Shown here piece after piece: positions 47,958-57,609 of a stretch of 64,000 bases of DNA. The translations under genes were made by a program, and so were the position numbers. Source of the DNA: an uncultured Verrucomicrobiae bacterium (lineage in GTDB: Bacteria; Verrucomicrobiota; Verrucomicrobiia; Chthoniobacterales; UBA10450); contig CAVWPA010000003.1 of assembly GCA_963756875.1 (NCBI GenBank), positions 960,001-1,024,000 of the forward strand, written 5' to 3'. Under the pieces are notes generated by a model that saw only the letters and a program-made list of their open reading frames with translations, was not told where the DNA came from and ran no database searches. Position 1 is the stretch's first letter; each line of letters opens with the position of its first letter.

Positions 47958-48540
47958 TTACGTTTTCGGCTCAATGCCGAACTCAGCGAGGGCGGCGATC
48001 GTTTTCTCCATCGGCAAACCGACGACATTCGTGTAGGAGCCCTCGATTTTCCCGATAATTTCCGCGCCTGCTCCCTGTGCCGCATAGGCGCCGGCCTTGT
48101 CCAGCGGGTTTACTTTGTCGAGGTATGCCAGAATGGCAACGTCGTTCAACCGGCGAAAGTAAACGCGGGAGATTTCCCGAAAACTGGTCGATCTCGCCCT
48201 CGCGAGGTGACAAACAAATGCCGAGGTGCAGACTTCATGCGCGCGTCCGCTCAACCGCCGCAGAATGGCGATGGCTTCGTCACGATTCGCTGGTTTGCCG
48301 ATGATCTGATCGTCTAAAGCAACCAGCGTATCGGCAGCCAGTACCGACTTTGTCCGGATAGGCGCGCGCCACCGACATCGCTTTTCGTATCGCATTAAAG
48401 GCGGTCAGTTCGCTCAGCGTAAAATGACCGCTGAATTGTTCGGCGAGGCTGGGTGCCACGCTGGTGAAATCAAATCCAGCCTCGGCGAGCAGCGTATGAC
48501 GTCGTGACGAGCTTGATGCAAGTAATAACAAGGACCCCAT
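47958..48540 (-). pseudogene. maf: Maf family nucleoside triphosphate pyrophosphatase with a +1 frameshift near 48345 (real or sequencing error)
   Basis: The N-part LLLASSSSRRHTLL...KA and C-part VLAADTLV...IGKP...DKAGAYAAQG...YTNVVGLP join if one base is removed. Confidence 0.85.
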
Positions 48541-48565
48541 CCAATCCCAATGCCCCGCGTCGAAA

Positions 48566-49276
48566 CTACGGGGTAGGCGCCGCCTTTACGGCCGGTTTCT
48601 CTTCGTGTTCCCGCGGAGACACACTCATCTCCGGCACTTTCAGTTCTCGATAATCCTTCGGAACAGCAAATTCCGAATCGCTTAACGGATCCTGTTTGAT
48701 GGTCCTCAGCGTGGTGGTGATTTCGTGTCCGCCGATCGATACGACAGTTTTGATCGGCAACCCGGGAAAGTCGCTATAGTCGGGCATCCCTTTGTTAGCC
48801 GGTTTCCAGGTTTGTGCATTGAGCACCTGCAATTGTTTAAGAATGGCCGCGCCACCGGGGTATTTTGGCGCGATCCAGTAGCTCGCCTTGAATTTGGGCG
48901 TTTCTAAAACGTATTCCTCCGTCTGGTAACCATTGATTGTTTCTTTTTTCCCTGTTGGCGTGAGCTTTGGCTTTTCGGTCGTTGCGCTTTTCCCGCTGAA
49001 CTGACTCATCATGTGGGCGGCCGCTTTCATTGTCTCTGCCGAGATCCGGACAACCGCCTTTTGGTCGTTCATCAGGTTGATGACCTCGCCGGTTTTGCGA
49101 TCGACAATGGTGGTGAGCTTCGGTGTCGCTTCAATGCGCGCCTTATCCCCTTTGATTTTAATCGTTACATCACCGCTCTGGCCGCCGCCTTCGATTTTCT
49201 GCACGATGGTGAGATCGGCGCGCGCACTGACGACGAGGCAAACACTGAGTAGAAAGGAGGCGCCTGCGATTTTCAT
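48566..49276 (-). CDS. Secreted DUF4412-like protein
   Basis: Signal peptide ending ARA-D, TGKKETINGY, FAVPKDY. Confidence 0.7.
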   Translation of the reverse strand: MKIAGASFLLSVCLVVSARADLTIVQKIEGGGQSGDVTIKIKGDKARIEATPKLTTIVDRKTGEVINLMNDQKAVVRISAETMKAAAHMMSQFSGKSATTEKPKLTPTGKKETINGYQTEEYVLETPKFKASYWIAPKYPGGAAILKQLQVLNAQTWKPANKGMPDYSDFPGLPIKTVVSIGGHEITTTLRTIKQDPLSDSEFAVPKDYRELKVPEMSVSPREHEEKPAVKAAPTP

Positions 49277-49439
49277 CGTTCGAGTTAGCTAGACACCGTC
49301 CGCTGAAATAGCAAGTGCTTCAATCCGTATGCCGCATTGATCAGGATCATGATCAGGATTCCGATTAAGGGTGAGAATCGGAACGCGGTTCCAAAAAGCA
49401 CTTGGCAGCGACCCGGCTGCGCGGCACTGTTTTGGCAGC

Positions 49440-49510
49440 GCGGGCATAGCTTAATGGTAAAGTTCCAGCCTTCCAAGCTGGCCATGCGGGTTCGATTCCC
49501 GTTGCCCGCT
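49440..49510 (+). tRNA. tRNA-Gly (TCC)
   Basis: Acceptor GCGGGCA/TGCCCGC, anticodon arm CCAGC-CTTCCAA-GCTGG, GGTTCGATTCC. Confidence 0.95.
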
Positions 49511-49624
49511 TTCCTCCATCTTCCCTGTCTCGAGTCTCGCCTGCTGCGCTGAAATCGCGAGATTTCTATTGACCCTAAATGAACGCAGGTAGGATACTTG
49601 GAGCTCGTTCAACAAAAAGGGCTT

Positions 49625-50350
49625 ATGAAGAGGTTGCTAGCGTCATTTCGCACTAAACGCGTTCCGGGAATTCTTAACTTGGCGCTCGTTGTTTGTCCGG
49701 GCTGCGCATTGGCGCTCTTTTTTTGGGCGGCGACCGCGCCCCAGGTCGGAGCGAACGAGATTACACCCGCGGAGATGATTCAATCAAAGCTCCCACAAAA
49801 CAAAACTCTGGCGACCGCGAGCAAGTCCGAAGTTCTTTCCGCCATTTGCGGCGCAGTTCGGAAATGGCAAAACGATGTTCCACAAATTGTGCGAACGGCG
49901 GCTGGCGCACGCCGGGAAATTGCCGTCGATATCGTAAAGACGGGCATCCGTTGTCTGGATCCGGAGTCTGACGCGAAGTCGGTTGCTGTGGATCCTGATT
50001 GCGACCTGGTCGGGCAGACTGTGGCGGTCGGACTGGCGGTAGATCCGGAGCACGCGTCGAACATTATGGAACTGGCGCTGCAACTGGTTCCGGATTGCCG
50101 CGGAGCAATCGAGACCGTGGGTACGCCCGCCGAAGGGCCCGCAGATATTGCAAACGGCCCGACAAATATAAATCCGATCCCGGGCTCCGCCGGCGGCGCG
50201 GGCGGATTTGACCCGCAACAAAGCAGGATAGTTATTTGCGATAACGGCCAGAACGTTCAGATATCGACATCACGGAAAAACGCTTATCTGGGCTCCCACC
50301 CTGGCGCGCGCCTGGGGGTCTGCCAGGCATCACCGGACGTGAATCGGTAA
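49625..50350 (+). CDS. Exported helical hypothetical protein with paired cysteines
   Basis: Signal-like N-terminus, Ala-rich helical repeats, Gly/Pro linker. First gene of the polysaccharide locus. Confidence 0.6.
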   Translation: MKRLLASFRTKRVPGILNLALVVCPGCALALFFWAATAPQVGANEITPAEMIQSKLPQNKTLATASKSEVLSAICGAVRKWQNDVPQIVRTAAGARREIAVDIVKTGIRCLDPESDAKSVAVDPDCDLVGQTVAVGLAVDPEHASNIMELALQLVPDCRGAIETVGTPAEGPADIANGPTNINPIPGSAGGAGGFDPQQSRIVICDNGQNVQISTSRKNAYLGSHPGARLGVCQASPDVNR

Positions 50351-50471
50351 CGGCTTGGTTTGTTAAGAATCCTGGGGAATGCCGTCGGCACTTAGACTGC
50401 AACGGCTTTCCTGTCGGCAAGTTTCCGACTCGTCCGGCGGCGCCTCGTCAGCAAACTCTATTTTCCGCCGC

Positions 50472-52280
50472 ATGAATAATTCCGCCGCGATCAGCCGGGG
50501 CGCAGAAATCGTCGCGGCAATTCTTTTAGTCACATCGTTCGCGCTGACCCAAGCGTTGATCGGCGGGATGCGTCTCCTGTTCAGTTTGCCCGCCTATGGT
50601 CTTCTCGCTCTGGTTGCCTTTCTTTCAGTTTTTTCGCTGCGTCGAATAAAGCCGCTGCCCGACCAGCTCTGTCTTTTAGGCGCAGCCGCCTTCTTTTCCT
50701 ACGTTCTCATTCGTGCCTTGCTGTCGCCGGTGCCGTACCTGGCGCGCGCCGACATCTATTCAATTCTTGGCGGGCTGATTGTTTATCTGTTCGTCGCATG
50801 CGTTCTGGTTAACACGAGAGCGAGAATGGCTGTGGCGGTTTTTCTCCTGATCTTCGCGCTGGCGCACGTCGTCGTCGGCGCGATCCAGTTCCGGGAAGCG
50901 AACAACTTCATGCCGATCTCGTTCCTGCAGCGGTTCGATTATGGCCAGCGCGCGAGCGGTTTTTATATTTGCCCAAACCATCTGGCCGGCTTGCTGGAGG
51001 TGGTCGGTCTTTTTGGCCTGAGCCTTGTCTGCTGGAGCCGATGGCCGGTCTGGGGAAAGATTCTGGTCGGCTATATGGCGGCCATCTGTTATGCCGGTCT
51101 GGTTTTGACCGGCAGTCGTGGCGGCTATCTGAGCGGGGCGGGGAGTCTTCTTGTTTTTGCCGCATTGAGTTTGCTCATGTTGCGCCATGCCGGTTCGGAG
51201 TTATTCCGGCGCGTGGTGATTGCGGGATCTCTCGCAGCAGTGGTCATCGCCGGCTCTTGTTTCTTTTTTATCCATAAGAGCGATTATCTCAGCGGGCGCG
51301 CAGGGAATGTTGTCGACACCACCAACATTCGGCTCGATTTCTGGCAGGCCGCGCTCAAACAATGGCGGCTCCAGCCTGTCGCAGGCACGGGCGCCGGCAC
51401 CTATCTCTTCTTTGGACGCCAGTTTCGAACCGATCGCGTTCAGATCGATCCCGTGGAAGTGCATAACGATTACCTCCATCTTCTGGCTGAATATGGAATT
51501 CTGGGCGCGGTTGGCTGTGCGATTTTCCTGGCTGCACATGCGCGCCGGGGTTGGAAGAGTTTTCAAAGGCTTGGGCCGTGGCGCATAGCTGCCTCCGGAC
51601 GGCTTTTTAGTAACGCCCTGGCGCTGAACCTGGCCGCGCTTTGTTCGGTCGCCGCGATTGCGATCCACTCGGCTGTCGATTTCAACATGCACATCCCGGC
51701 GAACGTTCTTCTTCTTGCCTTCGTCTTCGGCTTGCTTGCCAATCCCGGGATAGAACGAAATGGCGCGCCCGAGCGCGTTTCTTTTTCCACGGTTTCATGG
51801 CGGCTCGCCTTGCCGGCGCTCGGTGTCATTGTGGCCATCCAATGCGTCCGCCTGTTGCCAGGCGAGTACTTCAGCGAGCGGTCCCGGACTGCGTTGCGAG
51901 ACTTTAAGCCCGCGGAATCGATCCTCTTTGCGTTGCGCGGACTTTCCTACGAACGGCAGAATCCCGATTTGTACAACTATCTTGGGAGGGCCCGTCTCGC
52001 GCAGGGTTATAAGATGAGCGATCCGGCAGCCCGGCACTCCTTTTATCAGGCAGCGCTCGATGCATTTTGGAAGGGACGGGCGCTCGTCCCGCGTGATGAA
52101 AACTTCGCTCTTGAACTCGGGCTTACCTACGACGCCCTGGACCGGTATTCAGAAGCGGAATGGATGTTTGCAGAAGCGCGCGCATTGGATCCCCGGTCCA
52201 AGTCCATAAAGGAAGCGTATAAGGCGCATCTTGATCGCTGGCGTAAGGCCTATTCTCGGCCGACGGCAAACAACGAATGA
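50472..52280 (+). CDS. O-antigen ligase / Wzy-like polymerase with C-terminal TPR
   Basis: RASG..CPNHLAG, TGSRGG, R...W...P..GTGAGTY, VHNDYL, HSAVDFNMHIPAN. Confidence 0.88.
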   Translation: MNNSAAISRGAEIVAAILLVTSFALTQALIGGMRLLFSLPAYGLLALVAFLSVFSLRRIKPLPDQLCLLGAAAFFSYVLIRALLSPVPYLARADIYSILGGLIVYLFVACVLVNTRARMAVAVFLLIFALAHVVVGAIQFREANNFMPISFLQRFDYGQRASGFYICPNHLAGLLEVVGLFGLSLVCWSRWPVWGKILVGYMAAICYAGLVLTGSRGGYLSGAGSLLVFAALSLLMLRHAGSELFRRVVIAGSLAAVVIAGSCFFFIHKSDYLSGRAGNVVDTTNIRLDFWQAALKQWRLQPVAGTGAGTYLFFGRQFRTDRVQIDPVEVHNDYLHLLAEYGILGAVGCAIFLAAHARRGWKSFQRLGPWRIAASGRLFSNALALNLAALCSVAAIAIHSAVDFNMHIPANVLLLAFVFGLLANPGIERNGAPERVSFSTVSWRLALPALGVIVAIQCVRLLPGEYFSERSRTALRDFKPAESILFALRGLSYERQNPDLYNYLGRARLAQGYKMSDPAARHSFYQAALDAFWKGRALVPRDENFALELGLTYDALDRYSEAEWMFAEARALDPRSKSIKEAYKAHLDRWRKAYSRPTANNE

Positions 52281-52415
52281 GTCGTAATCGGAGAAGCGTT
52301 GTAACAAATGAAAGACGGAGCGAGAAATTCATTGCTGAAATTCAGGCAGCCGCTTACCCTCGGAACTCGGCTTGGTATCTGGAATTCGCGTTTTTTTGTG
52401 GCGTGGCGTGACGAT

Positions 52416-53672
52416 ATGACAAATTTGAAAAGTCTCGGGGGCTTGGCAATTGTAGCCCTCGCTCTCGCCGCTTGCTTGTGCTGCTTTTCCTTCAACGCAG
52501 CCTACGGAGCTGGAGAGTTTGCGACCGCCTCGGGATCGGACGTTTCCGGATCGGGCGAGCCCTCTGGGTTGGGTATTTTTTCCAAGATTCCGTTCAAGCT
52601 TACTCTGACAGTCCGGGAAGGGTACGACGATAACGCAAACAACGCCGCGTCTGCTCAGCAGGGTTCCTGGTTTACGAATGGCGAACTCGATCTGGCATAC
52701 GATTTCGGTAGCCCTCGAACAAAGCTGACTCTTGGGGCCGGCTTTGGTGGCACTTACTACTACGAACGTGTCGCTTTTCAGAATTACGACATCGACATCC
52801 ACGCAGGGCTTAACATTACCCATAAAGCAACGCCGCGGCTTACGCTCAGTTCGAGTCTTTATGGCGCATATCTGACGGAGCCCAATTTCAGTTTTGGATA
52901 TGGACTGAATCGGCGAAGCGGAAATTATTTCTACACTGGCGACAAATTCACGGCCACGTACGAATGGGTTCCGCGTTTCGCTACCGCAACCAGCTACACA
53001 TTAAACGCGCTTAATTACGATAGTAATTCGCTGGGGACTTTCGAAGACCGGGTTGACAACACCTTTGGCAACGAATTCCGATTCCTGGCGTGGCCCACGA
53101 CTGTGTTAGTGGCCGAATACCGCTACGAAATCGTCAGTTATTTCCATATTGCGCGTGATTCCACAACGCACTTCGCGCTTGGCGGAATCGATCACACCTT
53201 TACACCGCGCTTTAAAGCTTCGTTGCGGGCCGGCGCGGAATTTCGCGATTACGAAGGTGGCGCTCGCAAGACCGGGCCGTACGTTGAATCGACGGTAAAT
53301 TATGCCGCTGGGAAACGCACGACAATCAGTTGGACAAATCGTTACGGAATCGAGGAACCCGATGTGGTGACGACGCCGAGCCGAACGACTTTCCGAACCG
53401 GCGTGCAGGCCAAGGAACAGATCTTTCCGCGGATTACTACCGTGCTCGGATTTTATTATGAGCACGACGGTAACCAGAGCGTCAATGCGTTCCCGGTTAT
53501 CTCCCCCGCCTTTTCAGAAAATGCTTTTGACGTCGCAGTTTCCGCCCATTACGCCCTCACTCGCTACTTCAGCGTTGACGCTGGTTACAACCATACCCAG
53601 GTGTTATCCGACATCGCGTTCCGCGAATATTCGCGTAATCGTTTCTACGGTGGCTTGAGCTTTGCTTTTTAA
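52416..53672 (+). CDS. Outer-membrane beta-barrel protein of polysaccharide export locus
   Basis: Signal peptide, GYDDN, alternating beta-strands, C-terminal YSRNR...FAF. Confidence 0.82.
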   Translation: MTNLKSLGGLAIVALALAACLCCFSFNAAYGAGEFATASGSDVSGSGEPSGLGIFSKIPFKLTLTVREGYDDNANNAASAQQGSWFTNGELDLAYDFGSPRTKLTLGAGFGGTYYYERVAFQNYDIDIHAGLNITHKATPRLTLSSSLYGAYLTEPNFSFGYGLNRRSGNYFYTGDKFTATYEWVPRFATATSYTLNALNYDSNSLGTFEDRVDNTFGNEFRFLAWPTTVLVAEYRYEIVSYFHIARDSTTHFALGGIDHTFTPRFKASLRAGAEFRDYEGGARKTGPYVESTVNYAAGKRTTISWTNRYGIEEPDVVTTPSRTTFRTGVQAKEQIFPRITTVLGFYYEHDGNQSVNAFPVISPAFSENAFDVAVSAHYALTRYFSVDAGYNHTQVLSDIAFREYSRNRFYGGLSFAF

Positions 53673-53742
53673 GGGCGCGGCCGGAGTTTACTCCAGCCGT
53701 TTTTAAGCTAGGTTGTCCGCCGCTCGACGCGGGGGGGATCAT

Positions 53743-55890
53743 ATGGCATCTGAGGACGAAGTTAAGCTGCATTTTCTTGATTATTGGCGGGTGGTCCGAA
53801 TCCGCTGGCGGCTTGTTTTGCTCGCGTTCCTTCTGGTGCTAATCACCGCTGCCGTAGTCACTTATTTCCAGCCGCGCCAATATCAATCCTCGGTTTTCAT
53901 GGAGGTAAAATCCACAGCCGAGAATCCGAGAATTTTCGGCGTGAACGATCCCAATCTGCCGATCCATGATCCGCAGCTGGCGCCCACCGTCTTTCAGGTG
54001 ATTCAGCGCACCGGCGTTCTCTATCCGGTGATCGATCAGCTAAAATTGCAGGAAAAATGGGGCCGGGGCGGGGCCTATCTGTCGCGCGAACAAGCATATC
54101 AGAAATTGCGCAACGAGTTGGAAGTGGACGAGGTGCGCAATACCGATCTTTTGCAAATTAGCGTCTTCGACACAAACCCGAAACTGGCGGCGGAAGTAGC
54201 GAATAAAATCGTTGCCGTTTATGAGGACGAGCGCGTGGACGAGGAAAAGGAAATCATGAATCGCGCCGTTGCGACCATGGACGAAGAAGTGACCAAGCAG
54301 CAAAAGCTGGTGGATGAGGCCGCGACGGAAATGGCCCGCATCCGGGACAAGGAACACATCGTCGATCTCAATCCCGAAGGCACCGAAGACACTCAGGCAC
54401 CGGTCAACACCATCATCCTAAAACAGGAAGAAGCGGTAAACGATGCCGAGGCGAAAGTGGCGGTTCTCTCGAGCAGGTTGAATGAGATCCAGAAACTCAG
54501 CGGAGAGGACCTCATGCGGATGCTTCCCACGCTCGACATACAGGACCCGACGCTGCAGAAAATCCTCCCGAACTATCAGGATGCGGTTGCACAGGAGGCG
54601 CTGCTTCTTCATTCCGGTCTGGGCGAAAACCATCCAAAGGTAAAAGCGGTTCGCGCGCAAGAGAGGGTCTATACCAAGCAGCTCGAACAGCAGGTCGGCA
54701 GCGTCCGCGCGGCCCTGCAGGACAATCTCAAGAGCGCAGAGGCAACGCGTGATAACCTCAAGAAGCGCCTGGACGAAATCAACGCAAAACAACTTTCGTC
54801 GAAGAACTTGAGCGCAAATTATACGCGGGCCAAAAACAAATACATCAAAGAGAGGTTACTGCTCGATGGTGTGCGAACCCGCGCGCAAAGCCAGACCATG
54901 GAGTTGGCCATGCCGCGCGTCGCTGTCAGTGTGAAACAGGTCGCCGAGCCCTCCTCTTTCCCGGCGCGGCCGCGGGTTGCGCTGAATCTGATGTTGGGCG
55001 CGCTGGTTGGTCTCGCCGTCGGGCTCGGTCTGGCGTTTTTTATCGAGTATCTGGATACCAGCGTTAAAACCATGGAAGACGTGGAAAATCTTCTGGGAGT
55101 TCCGGTGCTGGCCGTGATTCCGCAGAACATCAAGCTGCTGCACAAGGAACTGGGCGATTCTCCGGACGCGGAGGCCTACCGCATTTTGCGAACGAACATC
55201 GAATTCAACCGGAAGACTCCCGATGCCAATACCGTTTCGCTGGTCAGCGGCGGGCCCGGCGAAGGCAAATCGACTACCCTGGCGAATCTCGCTTTTATCT
55301 GCGCGCAGGGCGGCTATTCCACGTTAATTGTCGACGCAGACTTGCGCCGGCCGATTCAGCACGAGTTGTTTGACGTCAGCAACAGCATTGGCCTGACCAA
55401 TTATCTCACCACGGAACTGCAGCTGAAGGACGTCCTTCAGCCCACCGGTGTCGAAAATCTTTCCATCCTGCCCAGTGGCGTTCTTCCTTCCGACGCCGTT
55501 GGAATTTTGAATTCGCAACGCATGTCCGATTTAATCAGCGAGCTCAAGGTTCGCTATGACATTATCTTCTTTGATTCCCCGCCCATGCTTGGCGTGAGTG
55601 ACGCCTCGGTTATAGCAAGCGAGGTCGATCAGACGATCATCGTTGTGCAACACCGCCGGTTCCCTCGTGCAATGCTGACACGCGTCAAGCAGGCCATTCT
55701 CGGCGTTGGTGGCACGGTTTTGGGCGTTGTGCTGAACAATGTCGATTTGAGGCACGACCAAAACTACTCTTACTACACGAACTACTACGGTTACTATCGG
55801 CCGCGCGATAAGGAGACCAGCAGTGAGCCAAGGCCGGGCGTGCCTGCCGGCAATGCGACCAACGGTTATTCCGAGCCCGATGATTACTAA
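53743..55890 (+). CDS. wzc: Polysaccharide co-polymerase / BY-kinase (Wzc/GumC)
   Basis: Two TMs around a coiled-coil, Walker A GPGEGKST, DADLRRP, FDSPP, Tyr cluster YSYYTNYYGYY. Confidence 0.92.
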   Translation: MASEDEVKLHFLDYWRVVRIRWRLVLLAFLLVLITAAVVTYFQPRQYQSSVFMEVKSTAENPRIFGVNDPNLPIHDPQLAPTVFQVIQRTGVLYPVIDQLKLQEKWGRGGAYLSREQAYQKLRNELEVDEVRNTDLLQISVFDTNPKLAAEVANKIVAVYEDERVDEEKEIMNRAVATMDEEVTKQQKLVDEAATEMARIRDKEHIVDLNPEGTEDTQAPVNTIILKQEEAVNDAEAKVAVLSSRLNEIQKLSGEDLMRMLPTLDIQDPTLQKILPNYQDAVAQEALLLHSGLGENHPKVKAVRAQERVYTKQLEQQVGSVRAALQDNLKSAEATRDNLKKRLDEINAKQLSSKNLSANYTRAKNKYIKERLLLDGVRTRAQSQTMELAMPRVAVSVKQVAEPSSFPARPRVALNLMLGALVGLAVGLGLAFFIEYLDTSVKTMEDVENLLGVPVLAVIPQNIKLLHKELGDSPDAEAYRILRTNIEFNRKTPDANTVSLVSGGPGEGKSTTLANLAFICAQGGYSTLIVDADLRRPIQHELFDVSNSIGLTNYLTTELQLKDVLQPTGVENLSILPSGVLPSDAVGILNSQRMSDLISELKVRYDIIFFDSPPMLGVSDASVIASEVDQTIIVVQHRRFPRAMLTRVKQAILGVGGTVLGVVLNNVDLRHDQNYSYYTNYYGYYRPRDKETSSEPRPGVPAGNATNGYSEPDDY

Positions 55891-55897
55891 TTCAACC

Positions 55898-56449
55898 ATG
55901 CGCGGGGCACTCGTTGTTTCGCTTTTCTGTTTCGGCTTGGCCACAGCGGTCTTTGGCCAGGCCACTCTGCGGGTGGGCGACCCGCTGGAGATAAGAATCG
56001 GCGGTGTGCCCTATGAAGAACAACAGCAGGTAAACAACACGTATACCGTCGATGCCAACGGCTCCATCAATCTCCCCTATATCAACAAGGTGAAAGCCGA
56101 GAGCTTAACGCCAGCCCAGCTGGCCCGCTCGATCGAAGAATCCTATCGCGCGAACAAGATTTACACCAACCCGAATATCACCATTCTGATTCAGCCAACC
56201 GCCCGCTTTGTGAATGTTGGCGGCTCCGTCCAGCGGCCGATGCGCGTTCCCTTCACCGAAGACATGACTCTGCTCGCGGCGATCAACGGTGCGGGTGGCT
56301 TCAACGATTTCGCCGATCAAAGACACGTCCGGGTGCTGCGCGGTAATGAAGTAAAAATTTACGATGTGCGCCAGTTTCGCAAAGAACCTTCCAAGGATGT
56401 GAAACTGCAGCCCGGCGACAAGGTCGAAGTTCCCCAAAGCTTCTTCTGA
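55898..56449 (+). CDS. Polysaccharide export protein (Wza/SLBB domain, short form)
   Basis: LRVGD, VDANGSINLPYI, VGGSV..P, AGGFNDFA, LQPGDKVEVP. Confidence 0.88.
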   Translation: MRGALVVSLFCFGLATAVFGQATLRVGDPLEIRIGGVPYEEQQQVNNTYTVDANGSINLPYINKVKAESLTPAQLARSIEESYRANKIYTNPNITILIQPTARFVNVGGSVQRPMRVPFTEDMTLLAAINGAGGFNDFADQRHVRVLRGNEVKIYDVRQFRKEPSKDVKLQPGDKVEVPQSFF

Positions 56450-56514
56450 TCCCGGCGCGCTAGCAGCCGGCGATCACCACGCCGTGGCTTCAGCGAAGGC
56501 GGGTCGAGTGGAAC

Positions 56515-57093
56515 CTACTTATCCGACGCGATAACTTCGCGGTGTCGCCACGTGTATCCCAGGCCGGAGTAAACGGTGAGCGCCACAGTGATCCAGACCA
56601 GAACCGGTCCAGCTTCGCGCCACGCGCGCAACCACCAGGTCGAGTTTTCGCCTGCGTAATGCAATTCGTCTATCGATAATAACAGCAGAAAAAAGATCAC
56701 CGTGATCACCTGCCACGAAGTTTTTTGTTTTCCCAACCGTTCCGCCGGCAGGACGCGGCCCTGTGCGCTGGCCATTAACCGCAAGCCGGTAATCAGGAAA
56801 TCGCGCGCGACCACGGTGGTTGCGGCCCAGGCGGGAATTGCTTTAAGCGGCACCAGCGAGATGAAGGCCGCGGCGATCATGATCTTGTCGACGAGTGGAT
56901 CCATCAACTTCCCGAAGTTGGTGACGATGGCGTAACGGCGCGCAATCTCGCCATCAATAAAGTCGGTCAAACCCGCGATCAGGAACATCACGAGCGCGCA
57001 GGTGCGGCCGTAATGCCAGGAAGAATTCAGCGCGATTACAAAAAGAATCGTTAGCAGCAGACGGCTGATCGTTAAACGGTTGGCCCAGTTCAT
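56515..57093 (-). CDS. pgsA: CDP-diacylglycerol--glycerol-3-phosphate 3-phosphatidyltransferase
   Basis: ANRLTISR and D..DG.IAR...TNFGKLMDPLVDK CDP-alcohol signature. Confidence 0.92.
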   Translation of the reverse strand: MNWANRLTISRLLLTILFVIALNSSWHYGRTCALVMFLIAGLTDFIDGEIARRYAIVTNFGKLMDPLVDKIMIAAAFISLVPLKAIPAWAATTVVARDFLITGLRLMASAQGRVLPAERLGKQKTSWQVITVIFFLLLLSIDELHYAGENSTWWLRAWREAGPVLVWITVALTVYSGLGYTWRHREVIASDK

Positions 57094-57545
57094 TTCACTG
57101 TCGCAGGGATGGGCTGTTCCTGCCAGTTGTCAGCATCTTTGGCGATGGAAGCGCCGGCCTGGAATTTCGGGTGCTTCCAAATCGGAACTCTTCTTTTTAA
57201 TTCATCAACAACCCACTGGCTTGCCTCGAATGCTTTCGCCCGATGACCGGCCGCTACCCGGAGAAACAACGATGCTTCTCCGGCAGGCACAAAACCGGTC
57301 CGATGATGAATGACGACTTTCTTGAGGCGGAAATTTTCCGCGGCTTCTTCAGCCACTAGTCGCAGTTGATGTTCGGCCATCTTCGGATGCGCTTCGTAAT
57401 CGATTCCTTCGATTTGTCGCCCTGCTTCGGATGCCCGGACGACGCCCCAAAAGTCGAGATGCGCTCCGGCGCCGGGATCAGAATACCGCCCGGGCGTTTC
57501 CAGCCGCGCCGCTGTCAGTAGGACTTCGCAAAGGGGATTTGCCAT
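57090..57545 (-). CDS. moaE: Molybdopterin synthase catalytic subunit
   Basis: GA...F.GVVR, YEAH..MA, HRTG, HR..AF, LK..VPIWK. Confidence 0.9.
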   Translation of the reverse strand: MANPLCEVLLTAARLETPGRYSDPGAGAHLDFWGVVRASEAGRQIEGIDYEAHPKMAEHQLRLVAEEAAENFRLKKVVIHHRTGFVPAGEASLFLRVAAGHRAKAFEASQWVVDELKRRVPIWKHPKFQAGASIAKDADNWQEQPIPATVK

Positions 57546-57609
57546 TCGCCTCGATTAATCGTTACAGTAAACTCGCGCTTGTCGCGCTGTTTATCAAAGG
57601 AGACCCAAA

